From the IMG/VR virus record IMGVR_UViG_3300045747_000855, positions 1 through 28,561 of that record: a stretch of 28,561 nucleotides of DNA. One strand, given 5' to 3'. Each line of letters begins with the position of its first letter. The stretch's first letter is position 1. This stretch comes from a virus (lineage: Duplodnaviria > Caudoviricetes). Positions 1 to 9,040 of the stretch are shown in pieces. The notes under the pieces are model-generated. The model saw only the letters and a list, made by a program, of their open reading frames with translations, was not told the DNA's origin and did not search any database. The translations under genes were made by a program, and so were the position numbers.

Positions 1-237
1 TCACACCTCAATCGTCACCAGCGTCAGATTAGGCGCTGAGCCCTCTATCACGCCGTTGCGTACAAAAACCCTGATACCTGCTCCTAGACTGGTGCCGCGC
101 ACAGTTTGCAGATCGCCACCGGGCCAAGTAATGGTGCTAGTGCCCTGGACGGCATTGACGGACACCACTGTTGCCACTTGCAACGGTGATTCGGGCAGCA
201 GTTCCATCAGGGCACGGTAAAGGTTGGTGGTGCTCAT
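1..237 (-). CDS. Small conserved phage tail-module protein (78 aa)
   Basis: ATGA overlap with the upstream gene; beta-rich, OB-fold-like sequence (VRGT...RVFVRNGVIEG); last tail-module gene visible in the window. Confidence 0.7.
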   Translation of the reverse strand: MSTTNLYRALMELLPESPLQVATVVSVNAVQGTSTITWPGGDLQTVRGTSLGAGIRVFVRNGVIEGSAPNLTLVTIEV

Positions 238-2150
238 ACGGCCTCCAAGTGACGTTCTAGGGTGACTGTTTGGCGTAGGCTGGGGCGTTTAGCCGCCACG
301 CTGACGCTGCGTACACGGGCACGCCAGGGCTCACTGGCGTTGACCTGCACCAGTTGACCCACATCGAGCACGCCTGGCTGGTTAGTGCCAGTCAGCACGG
401 GAAGTTCCAGCGTCACTGCATATTTGTGGCCGGCCCCACCCAGTACGCTCAAGCCACGCTGTCGGGCAGCATCCGCATGGGTGATTAGCGGGTCGGTCAG
501 CATCTGCGCCAGTTTGTCTGCCGCCGAGCCACTGCGCTTGACCAGCGCCAACACACCAGCGGTGGTACCTGACACATACACAGCGTTGATGTCGGAGCCG
601 TCCTGGCGCTGCACGCTCTCGGTGATCAGTGCATCGGTGGCCAGCTCAACGTCTGCTGCGCCAAGGCTCCAATTCCACGGCGCGCCTGATACGTCGCCTA
701 CCCGCTGGCCGTAGGGGTGGCGTGCCTGCAGGGTGGCGCTGCTGCGGTGGCTTTGCAGGTAGCCGCCTGCGGCTTGCACCACGGTTTGCACTGCGTCCAA
801 CGGCGTGCTTTGATGGCTCCAAGCGCCTGCTGGAATGAGCCAATCGACTAAGCCGCCGTTGGCTAATGCACCGGCACCCATGCCCCAATCCAGAGCAACG
901 CCAGTGCCCGTGAGTGCTTCCAGGGCGATTTGCTGGGCGGTTTGGTCGGTGGCGTTGCTGCGGGTGGTGGCACGCAGGTAAGGCGCGGCAATGAGAGCGG
1001 TCACACTGCGGCCCTGGATGCGCACCCCGGTCTGGCCAAAGCTGGCGCTGCGACTGATGCTGTCCACGGCAAATACCCAGGGGATGCCGTCCAGGGTGAG
1101 TTTGATCTGTGCTGGCAGGCCGCCAACAGGGGCGAGCTGCTCAAACAGGCTGGCCGGGCCGCTGGCAGACAGGCTCCAGCAGTAGCTGCCCGAGTCAGCC
1201 GCCACGGTGGCCTCATAGATGGGCACGTCGGCCAGGTCGGGCAGGGTTTGAGCGTAGATGGTGTGGGCGGTCATATAAAACCTCGCAGGCAGGATGGCAA
1301 AGACGGATTGGCCAGTGGGCACTTGGATGCAGGTGTCGCCAAACACCAGCGCAGGCGATAACAGTGGCGGGCACTGAAACAGCAAATCAGCGCCCCACCA
1401 GAAGGATGGTGGTTTAGGTGGTTTGGGAGGCTCGATAGCGCTATGCCCGGGTGCAGGAAAACCGGCCAACTCCCAGGGTAAGTCCCGCAAAACGCCGCTG
1501 TAGAACAGGCTGGCACCTGCAGGGTGATCGGTTTGATGCAAGGTGGCCAGCGCCGTCTGCCACGATCCGCGCTTGTACAGCACCTTAAAAATGCCGCTCT
1601 CCATGGCGCTGGCAGTGCCCACGCGCCGGTCATCACCCAACTGCCAGCCTTCGGCACGGCCATCGGCCTTGAACACGGCTTTTTGATAGTGTGTTGATGA
1701 GACCTGCGCCTTTTGAATGGCAAGTTGCCACCGTGCATCACGCGACTCGGTGTGCAAGCGGGCCTTGTCAAACGCGCTCTGGGCTTGCATGGGCCGCTGG
1801 GTCGCTTTGCCGCTGCGCATAGCCTTGCCGCCACGCTGAATCAAGCTGATTTGCCAATCATCTGAGTTGCTATGGTCAGCACACAAGGCCGGGTTATGCA
1901 CGATCGCGGCGCGAAAGTCTTTCCAGGGCGTAACCCGGTTATCGTAAAACGCAGTCGCTGCCACGGTGATACCACCCAACAACACACTGGCACTGGCTTT
2001 GACCGGTGGGGCAACCAATGCCCTGACACGCACACCGCCAAGATTGATGCTGGCGCTGGCCGTGCGGCTGGGAGCCGGGCCAAGCAGGTCGCCAAAAACC
2101 AGTTGTGCATCGGCCCCCGCAGCCCGGTCAAAGACGATGTCGGCGGCCAT
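234..2150 (-). CDS. Tail tip/baseplate hub-like protein with an N-terminal 14-aa repeat region (~638 aa)
   Basis: Probable start MAADIVF at 2150, 5 nt after the previous stop. The C-terminal half has the layout of a hub/Tal-type protein (IQGRSVTAL...LDVGQLVQV...RVRSVSV). Position in the tail operon. Confidence 0.7.
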   Translation of the reverse strand: MAADIVFDRAAGADAQLVFGDLLGPAPSRTASASINLGGVRVRALVAPPVKASASVLLGGITVAATAFYDNRVTPWKDFRAAIVHNPALCADHSNSDDWQISLIQRGGKAMRSGKATQRPMQAQSAFDKARLHTESRDARWQLAIQKAQVSSTHYQKAVFKADGRAEGWQLGDDRRVGTASAMESGIFKVLYKRGSWQTALATLHQTDHPAGASLFYSGVLRDLPWELAGFPAPGHSAIEPPKPPKPPSFWWGADLLFQCPPLLSPALVFGDTCIQVPTGQSVFAILPARFYMTAHTIYAQTLPDLADVPIYEATVAADSGSYCWSLSASGPASLFEQLAPVGGLPAQIKLTLDGIPWVFAVDSISRSASFGQTGVRIQGRSVTALIAAPYLRATTRSNATDQTAQQIALEALTGTGVALDWGMGAGALANGGLVDWLIPAGAWSHQSTPLDAVQTVVQAAGGYLQSHRSSATLQARHPYGQRVGDVSGAPWNWSLGAADVELATDALITESVQRQDGSDINAVYVSGTTAGVLALVKRSGSAADKLAQMLTDPLITHADAARQRGLSVLGGAGHKYAVTLELPVLTGTNQPGVLDVGQLVQVNASEPWRARVRSVSVAAKRPSLRQTVTLERHLEAV

Positions 2151-2155
2151 ACAAG

Positions 2156-2557
2156 CTACTCGCGGATCACGCAACTGATCAGTTGCAACTCACCCCCAAC
2201 GTAAACCCGCGTGTCGCTCAGCACCACCTTGCCTTCAGGCAGTGGGTCAGTGGTGTCAGTGGTCGGCAAATCCATGATGCTGTTACCTGACGCATCGACA
2301 AAACGCACCCAGCTACATAGTGCACTCTGGTTTGCCAGAGTAATGCGCGGCACGGTCAACGTCAAGGTGGCCACATAACCATCGGCCCCAATAGACCCGC
2401 CAGGGCTATCGAGCGTCAATAACGCGAGTCGGGTTTGTGCAGTGGTCTCTTCGGGGATGGTAGCGATAGCGCCAGGGTAGAACCACAGCGCAACCACAGC
2501 ATCACGCACCGCCAGCAGCCGTGCTTGGCGTATGGCCAGCGACAAAGGGGTGGTCAT
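2156..2557 (-). CDS. Phage tail-associated hypothetical protein (133 aa)
   Basis: ATGA overlap with the LamG gene; beta-rich (WVRFVDASG..IMD); within the tail operon. Confidence 0.75.
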   Translation of the reverse strand: MTTPLSLAIRQARLLAVRDAVVALWFYPGAIATIPEETTAQTRLALLTLDSPGGSIGADGYVATLTLTVPRITLANQSALCSWVRFVDASGNSIMDLPTTDTTDPLPEGKVVLSDTRVYVGGELQLISCVIRE

Positions 2558-4002
2558 GGCAACACCTCAGGCACTTGGGCATCCGCAATCACGCCCCGGT
2601 ACAGGCCGGTGTAATCGTAGGCCAGCACGGTGTATTTCAGCCCCTGTTTGATACCTCGAAACTCATAGTCGCCTGTGACCGCATCGCTCCATGTTTCACG
2701 AATCACCATGGCGCTGGCCTCGTCTATCAGCCATACCTTGCGGTGAAGCGGCACGTTGTCAGGCAAGTTCTTTTCCTTAACTGTGCCGGCGATTAGGCCG
2801 GTACCGCCGTTATAGGCGTCGAAAAACGGGTATTCGCGTAAATGGTGTTGCGCGGTGGTGAACCCCGGGTCTGCGCTTGGCAGCAATCTTTCAGTTGCGG
2901 ACAATGTTTGATTGGCTCTGGCCAATGGGGCATCAACAGACCAAGTGACACCGGCGAAATCGATTGGGGGTGTGAAGTTGGCGAAGTAGCGTGCAACACC
3001 TTTGGTGATTCGCAAGTTGTCCAGGTAGCCTTTCCAAGTTTGTCCGGCCATAAAAATGCCGCCAATGTACAAACTGCGATCTATCAAGGCGACGTTGGGT
3101 TGCACGTTACCAATAGATGTACCAACACCATTGATATATATCGTCGTCACTGCACCTAAGCGACAGACTGCAAAATGTGCCCACGTGTTCAAACTGATTG
3201 CGCCAGCCAAATAGATCTGGCCGTTGTAAAAGTACGCGATGCCACCGGCAGATGTGCCCATCTCATAGTAGGCACCGGTATCATTGTCGCGTTTGCTGAA
3301 AATGGTTTGGTAGCCCGCGTTATTGGTCTGAAACACCCATGCCTCCAGCGTCCAATCGTTCGACCCAATTCTGAGGTCGAGATCGTCTGCATACCTCAAA
3401 AGTCCACCGTTTGGATAAAGGCTGCTGCCCCCAGACTTGGACTCGACGGTACTTAGCGCTATGTTGCCAACAACGCTATCGGGTACTTTGAGCCGTAACG
3501 ATTCATCCGTAAACACCTTGCTGGCATTAATCCCTAGGCCATTAAGCAAAAGTGAAACATAACTGAAGTAGGGGTCGGATACCGCCCACAGGGGGGTGGT
3601 CAAACCGTTGCCTGGATACGCATAGTTGATTACCCGCATAAATGTGTCCCAAGACTGCCCGTCTGACGACTGTTGCAACATTAAGTCCAGGGCAAAGGTG
3701 AGATCGCTGGTACCGCCCCCCAGACGCAGTTTGGGAGACTCGACGCCAGCGCCTGCCCCAAAGTCCCACACGAGCGCAAAGCCTGGCTGTGCGTAGCTGG
3801 TATGAGGCCAGGTCACAACTGACAAAGCTAAACCGTCGCGCAAATCAGCCAGCACGCCACTGGCAGGCTCTATGGTTGCGGTCAAGGTCGCGCCAGCATC
3901 GGCCAGTGCGCCACTCTCGTAGATGCGCGCCTCTGACAACTCCAGCACACCATTGCCGCGAGTGTTGAGCCCCACCAATCTCCAGAAACGACTGATCGCC
4001 AT
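2554..4002 (-). CDS. LamG/concanavalin-A-like domain protein, probable receptor-binding tail protein (482 aa)
   Basis: LamG-type motifs DPYFSYVSLLL, DWTLEAWV, WAHFAVCR, IYING, GYLDNLRITKGVARY..NFTPP; discoidin-like N-terminus (RFWRL, SSDGQSW); Ig-like C-terminus (IAGTVKE...GDYEFRG). Confidence 0.85.
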   Translation of the reverse strand: MAISRFWRLVGLNTRGNGVLELSEARIYESGALADAGATLTATIEPASGVLADLRDGLALSVVTWPHTSYAQPGFALVWDFGAGAGVESPKLRLGGGTSDLTFALDLMLQQSSDGQSWDTFMRVINYAYPGNGLTTPLWAVSDPYFSYVSLLLNGLGINASKVFTDESLRLKVPDSVVGNIALSTVESKSGGSSLYPNGGLLRYADDLDLRIGSNDWTLEAWVFQTNNAGYQTIFSKRDNDTGAYYEMGTSAGGIAYFYNGQIYLAGAISLNTWAHFAVCRLGAVTTIYINGVGTSIGNVQPNVALIDRSLYIGGIFMAGQTWKGYLDNLRITKGVARYFANFTPPIDFAGVTWSVDAPLARANQTLSATERLLPSADPGFTTAQHHLREYPFFDAYNGGTGLIAGTVKEKNLPDNVPLHRKVWLIDEASAMVIRETWSDAVTGDYEFRGIKQGLKYTVLAYDYTGLYRGVIADAQVPEVLP

Positions 4003-4005
4003 CGC

Positions 4006-5178
4006 TTACCGCCAGTCAGAGGTCTGGTCCATAAACACAACGCCCTGCCCGGCTCCAGCAGCCGGTGTGCCACACTTGATGACCGTGACACTTTTACCCA
4101 CCATATCGCCACTACCGGCCACAACGTCACCTGTTGAAAAAGCATTATTGGTAATCTGCGGGCTGTAGCGCAGGCCGGGAAAGTAACCCCGATAGCCACC
4201 CGCAGAATAAGAACACACCGGGGTCAGCAGCAGCCCGTTATCGACAGGCGACGGGTACGCCCAACCGACTGTGCCGCTGACGTGCACCAGCGCCAGCCCC
4301 ACCGACATCACCGGGTCTTGAAACGACTGAACCGCCCCCCCTAAGGTATTCGCAGCACGGGCAATGTAGGTGCCGGGCGCACTTAGTGATGAGTCGGCAT
4401 ATTCAAGACTTTCATTCATAGCCGTCACACTGGCGCTGCGGTCAGCACTGTTGGCTCGCAAGAGGCATGCGTACGGGTCGTTGCTCTTGATCGGCAGGAT
4501 GTCGCCAAAGTAGTTGCCCTGATGCTCGCTGGCCGTGTCTGCGTTCTTCGGGAAAAAGTACACCCCCCGGTCATCAGCGACGATGCGCCACGGGCGAGCA
4601 AGGGCGCTGGCGGCGTTGGACTTGCTCCACCACAGGCCCGGTGCAGCCCATTGCGCTAGGGTGGGGAACGGGCCGACCCCGGTGTTGATGTCGCTCATGG
4701 ATTCAAAGCCGCGCACCCGTGCTGTAGTAGTGCCGGTGTCATCTACCTTTAGAACAAATCCGGTACCCATGGGACTTGTGATCTTGTAGGCTGCCAGATT
4801 GGTGCCGGTGTAGAGCTTGCTCCAGCCCGCAGGGGCCACTTTGCTGGTGATGGTGCCGCTGGCGCTCTGATCACTGATGCCGGTGGCAGCAAAAGTGAGG
4901 GTATTGGTGGTGGTGCTCAGTATGCGTTTTTCGCCATTGAGCCCAACCGGGGTAGCCCCGGCAATCAGTGCCACGCTACCGACTGCGAAGGGGTGGCCAG
5001 AGCCATAAATAGCGGTGGCAATGCCGCCACTGACTGTCAAAGAGGTCAGGGTGCCCAGGCCGAGGCCGTTGACCAGACAGGCATCGAGCACGGCGATCAG
5101 CGCCCCTGCGGTTCCTGACAATACCGGGGCCCCAGTCATGCTACTGGTAAATGATTTCGTCTTGAATGTGTCTGTCAT
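4006..5178 (-). CDS. Phage tail fibre/tip-associated protein (~390 aa)
   Basis: Likely start MTDTFK at 5178 (ATGA overlap with the upstream stop); conserved-type N-terminus GAPVLSGTAGALIAVLDACLVNG; rich in Gly/Thr/Ser. Confidence 0.75.
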   Translation of the reverse strand: MTDTFKTKSFTSSMTGAPVLSGTAGALIAVLDACLVNGLGLGTLTSLTVSGGIATAIYGSGHPFAVGSVALIAGATPVGLNGEKRILSTTTNTLTFAATGISDQSASGTITSKVAPAGWSKLYTGTNLAAYKITSPMGTGFVLKVDDTGTTTARVRGFESMSDINTGVGPFPTLAQWAAPGLWWSKSNAASALARPWRIVADDRGVYFFPKNADTASEHQGNYFGDILPIKSNDPYACLLRANSADRSASVTAMNESLEYADSSLSAPGTYIARAANTLGGAVQSFQDPVMSVGLALVHVSGTVGWAYPSPVDNGLLLTPVCSYSAGGYRGYFPGLRYSPQITNNAFSTGDVVAGSGDMVGKSVTVIKCGTPAAGAGQGVVFMDQTSDWR

Positions 5179-8100
5179 GGTAATACCCTGTCTACATCGC
5201 CCCGGAAGGCTAAGGTGAATTGATCTGAATCTATGGATGCCGGGCCTTGCAACACGGTGCGCACAGCCCAAAACGGCGTGCCACAGGCATCGGTGTTAAA
5301 GCGCAGGCAGTTGCCGCTAGACCAGCCGCCCCCGCTGGTGCCCCAGCCCAGGTCAGGGATAGTGAAGTAAGGGGCGAGGGTTGCAGGGTTAAGGGGGGCC
5401 GTGTATTGGGGCTCATTGACTGTGTGGCTGGTAGAGCCAGTGCCAATTTCCCCCACTGACTCGCCAATCACCCTGAAACTGCCGGAGTTGGTGAACAAAA
5501 TCAGCCAGCGCTCTTTGATGGCCCCGGCATTGGTGACCAAGATAGGGTACTGCGCGGTGTTGAACTGGGCCAGGATAGGCGTGCCGATCAGCGTATCTTG
5601 CCAAACGCTAGTCCATGTGCCCTGCTCAAACAGGCTGTACACCCGCGCAAACAAATCACCAAACGGCATGGCGCTAGACACAAACGAGGTGGCATCAGGA
5701 AAATTGTGGGTCAGGCTGCGGGTAAAGGTGAGCTTGCCGCTGATATCGGCCACCGAGCACAGCAGCATGTCCTCAATACGGTGCTCCACTGTCCAGGGCT
5801 GGGGGTAGGCCGTGATCACCGAGGCGCTGGGCACCATGAAGGTACCTGGGTCAAGGGCGGCGGTGTACAGCGTGTCGGGCACCACCACGCCGGTGGCATC
5901 CTTCACCCGCACGCTGGCCAGGCGTTCGCGGCCCAGGTCGTACACCGTGGTCTTGACCAGCGGGTTAGGCAAGTTAAAGGTCAGCGTGTTGTGCACCACC
6001 ACCAAGTCGCCACTGCGGTAAATAGGCACCTTGCCATCCAGCGGCAGGCGGGCGGTCTCGATACCCAACAAACTGGCATCTAGCGGCATGTATTGCAAAA
6101 ACACCGCGTTATAGCTCAGCGCTTCAGGGTCCGTAGACCCCCTTCTCCAAGTGACCAAACCGCGCTGATAGTCCAACTCTCCAGTGAAGCCCCCCCCTGA
6201 CAACACCCCCGCATCATTGCCGGTGCCCACATTGGCAAACTGCTGCAACTGGAACACCCCTGTTTTCAGCGGCGCGCTGGCCGTTCTGAAAACACCACTC
6301 TGAATCAAATGAGAGTTTGAATCCAGCGCCGCATTGCTCCAGGTAATCGCATTCACCCCATTGGCAGGCAGTGACGTGATATTAATTTGCCCGTTGACGG
6401 CCGTCGACCCGGCACTGGCAACAGACGCTTGCCCGGTAGCGGCGTTCCAGCCCTTTTGCAGCACAGCGCCGGCGGCGGTATAAACCTCTGACCCAAGCTT
6501 AAATGCAAGTGACTTAGACAACAGTACACGCCCCTCGGTGGGGACAATGGCCGTCCATGCGGGCGCGCTAATGGTGACTTGCGCGCCAGACTCGCTGCCA
6601 TAAGCGTATTGAAACCCACTTGCAGATTGATGGCTGATCGACATCGGCGCTACCTGCGACCTCCAATAAGAGTAGGCTGGCCCATTGGCAGGCGTCGCAG
6701 TCAACTGGGTGATGGTGGTGCCACTAATAGTGAAGCTGGGCATAAAAACCAGCTCACCCGTGCCGTAGTTGATAGTTCCCACCGCATAGCGGTTGGCATC
6801 GGATCTAGCCCCGTAATACGCATAAATAACACCGGCAATATCAATCAAATCCATTGCCGAATCAATATACAGCGCATTGGCAGGAAACGCCACCAGAGCC
6901 GTCCCTGTGAACGAACCCTGTTTGACCGGCAAGCCCGCAGTCAACGTGTGCGTGAAAGAACCTGTTGTGGTAAACGCATCACCCTCGCTGGCGTGATCAA
7001 AATAGTCCACCACCACGTCACCACTGGGGAACACATTAGGGGCGAACCTCAACACGCCAGACATAAACTGACCACTAGCATCCCCCGACAGCAGGCCGCT
7101 GGCATCCGACGTTGCGGTGAAATTAGCGGCGCCATTGCTCCACGCCACCGATATACCCCCCGCTTTTGCCCTGCTTAAAGGAAGATCAGCCCACACCTTT
7201 GCCGGGTAACTGGTGGGGGCCACAGCGGCACTCTTGTCGCCCCATAGAAAGATCATGCTACTGCCCACATCAGGTATAGCGGCCAGCGTCACGGCCAGGG
7301 AGCCGCTGGCATAGTTGATAGTGCCGCTGCCGTAACCATCACTGGCCAGCTTGCCGTTGCCGTTATCGCCAATGTCATACCAACGCCCCTGTGCCATATA
7401 GCTCAGGCTGACACTGCCTGGGGCGGGCAGCGGCTCAATCACATCCACAAAAGCCAAGCCTTGATTAACCTGGGTAATGGCAAACGAGCGGCTATGGCCC
7501 ATGGCAGACACAGCAGCTGCAGGCTTATAGCTGACAGTCATCAACGCACTGCCATATGACGCACTGTCTGGAGCCAAGGTGATCACCCCGGTGCGGTAGT
7601 TAATAGCGCCTACCTTGACTGCACCCTGGTACAGGGCCTCACCGTTATCGGTAAAACTGGTGCTGCCATGCGCAATGGTTAACGATCTAGCCTCAATCGC
7701 AGTAGGCAGGGTCACTGTCGCATTGGGTGACAGCACATGCACCACAGCAGGCAGGCCCAAGACCGCTATCGCGCTTGCCACAGTAGCGCTGCGACTGGTT
7801 AACGGGTACTGGTCAATGATCGGAGTCTCTACCGTAGCCGCGGGCACCACCGGGGTGTAAATACCGCCTGACGTAGTCGCTGAAATATCACCTGCCAATG
7901 CAGGCACACCCAGGGGCTTGACCCCATAAAAACGCGCCCCAGCCGCCAGTGAAGTGGTGTAAAGCATGGCGTAAAGTGACTCTGCCCCAATACCATTGGC
8001 GTTAAACACCCGTGCGGCGGGTGGCCCCAGCACATCCATGGTCAAAGACTGCCCCAAGTCGCAAGTGCCCACCGTGGCACCAACCGACACCACCATATTA

Positions 8101-8636
8101 CTTTCCAACAATGAAACAGACTGGTAGCTGGTAACAATCTTGATCACCCGCACATACTGCTCCAGGCCATCAGGGTTGCGCAGCACAATGGCATCCCCGC
8201 CAGCAGGAAAACTGCCCGAGCTACCAATGCAAATCAAGCGCAGCTGCATACTGCCCGCATAGTGCGTGTCATAAATACGCACCTGCGCCTTGGGGCCTTT
8301 CACCAGATACTTTTCAACAGCCGACTTGGCTGCACTGCGGTCATCCGACCAGCCGGTGGTTTTGATCAGCGTGCAGTGCACCAGCGGGTCATCAGGGGCA
8401 TCGGTAATCACCGCGTGCGCACCCAGCAGCGTAGCGGTATCGGTGGTGTGGGCGACACCAAACACCTTGCGCATATTGACCCGGCCAAAGGCGCGGTCCA
8501 TCGCAGAGGTATCGGGAAACAGGTTATTGCTTTGCCCGTCAATCACCTCGGTGCCAGTCATCTGGCCCCCGCCGTCGCTGGTGTCGGCCATGACGGCGCT
8601 TTTGAGTAACTTGATGTCTTGGGTGAGGATGGGCAT
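5175..8636 (-). CDS. Large tail-tip/baseplate structural protein (1153 aa)
   Basis: Long ORF after the Dit-like gene; N-terminus DIKLLKS..MADTSDGGG is typical of this family of betaproteobacterial siphophage tail modules; internal G-x-I-N-Y-x-x-G repeats. Confidence 0.8.
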   Translation of the reverse strand: MPILTQDIKLLKSAVMADTSDGGGQMTGTEVIDGQSNNLFPDTSAMDRAFGRVNMRKVFGVAHTTDTATLLGAHAVITDAPDDPLVHCTLIKTTGWSDDRSAAKSAVEKYLVKGPKAQVRIYDTHYAGSMQLRLICIGSSGSFPAGGDAIVLRNPDGLEQYVRVIKIVTSYQSVSLLESNMVVSVGATVGTCDLGQSLTMDVLGPPAARVFNANGIGAESLYAMLYTTSLAAGARFYGVKPLGVPALAGDISATTSGGIYTPVVPAATVETPIIDQYPLTSRSATVASAIAVLGLPAVVHVLSPNATVTLPTAIEARSLTIAHGSTSFTDNGEALYQGAVKVGAINYRTGVITLAPDSASYGSALMTVSYKPAAAVSAMGHSRSFAITQVNQGLAFVDVIEPLPAPGSVSLSYMAQGRWYDIGDNGNGKLASDGYGSGTINYASGSLAVTLAAIPDVGSSMIFLWGDKSAAVAPTSYPAKVWADLPLSRAKAGGISVAWSNGAANFTATSDASGLLSGDASGQFMSGVLRFAPNVFPSGDVVVDYFDHASEGDAFTTTGSFTHTLTAGLPVKQGSFTGTALVAFPANALYIDSAMDLIDIAGVIYAYYGARSDANRYAVGTINYGTGELVFMPSFTISGTTITQLTATPANGPAYSYWRSQVAPMSISHQSASGFQYAYGSESGAQVTISAPAWTAIVPTEGRVLLSKSLAFKLGSEVYTAAGAVLQKGWNAATGQASVASAGSTAVNGQINITSLPANGVNAITWSNAALDSNSHLIQSGVFRTASAPLKTGVFQLQQFANVGTGNDAGVLSGGGFTGELDYQRGLVTWRRGSTDPEALSYNAVFLQYMPLDASLLGIETARLPLDGKVPIYRSGDLVVVHNTLTFNLPNPLVKTTVYDLGRERLASVRVKDATGVVVPDTLYTAALDPGTFMVPSASVITAYPQPWTVEHRIEDMLLCSVADISGKLTFTRSLTHNFPDATSFVSSAMPFGDLFARVYSLFEQGTWTSVWQDTLIGTPILAQFNTAQYPILVTNAGAIKERWLILFTNSGSFRVIGESVGEIGTGSTSHTVNEPQYTAPLNPATLAPYFTIPDLGWGTSGGGWSSGNCLRFNTDACGTPFWAVRTVLQGPASIDSDQFTLAFRGDVDRVLP

Positions 8637-9037
8637 TAGAGCTCCAGAAAACGTAGGGTGGGCACATACCAGTCGTCGCTGGCAATGGAGCCGTCGGCAT
8701 AAAACAGCACGGGCAGGCCTTGCAGGGCACCTTTTTCGTGGTCAAACGTCACGCTGTGGGGCACGCCGCGCAGGGTCAGTGTGAGCACCATGGCCGGGGT
8801 GTTGGCCCAGGCGTGGAGCTGGTCGACTTGGGCGCGGGTGCACCAGGTCTTGTCTGCGGCACCCTCTAAGGTGATGGGGCGCCCAGCCTGTTTCACGCCC
8901 TCTTCAATCAAGAGCGCCCCGGTGGTGGTGTAGGTTTTGGTTTGTTGCACCGGGCTGTAGCTGTATTCATCGGTCCAGTTCAGGGCGTCGGGCAGCGTGA
9001 CGGTGGTGGCGCTTGCGGTATGGGTCAGGGTGATCAT
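8636..9037 (-). CDS. Distal tail (Dit-like) protein (133 aa)
   Basis: Directly after the tape measure gene; LPDALNWTDEY..SPVQQ...GALLIE...GRPITL motif. Confidence 0.7.
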   Translation of the reverse strand: MITLTHTASATTVTLPDALNWTDEYSYSPVQQTKTYTTTGALLIEEGVKQAGRPITLEGAADKTWCTRAQVDQLHAWANTPAMVLTLTLRGVPHSVTFDHEKGALQGLPVLFYADGSIASDDWYVPTLRFLEL

Positions 9038-9040
9038 GAT

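Noticed and set aside
234-5178. Diversity-generating retroelement or invertible tail-fibre segment
   Set aside because: No reverse transcriptase, invertase, TR/VR pair or flanking inverted repeats were seen in the window.
4006-5271. Longer N-termini in the ORF track (5271, 2174, 20368, 25338, 26128, 17370, 27741)
   Set aside because: They overlap neighbouring genes or operators, and downstream ATGs fit stop-start coupling or SD placement better.
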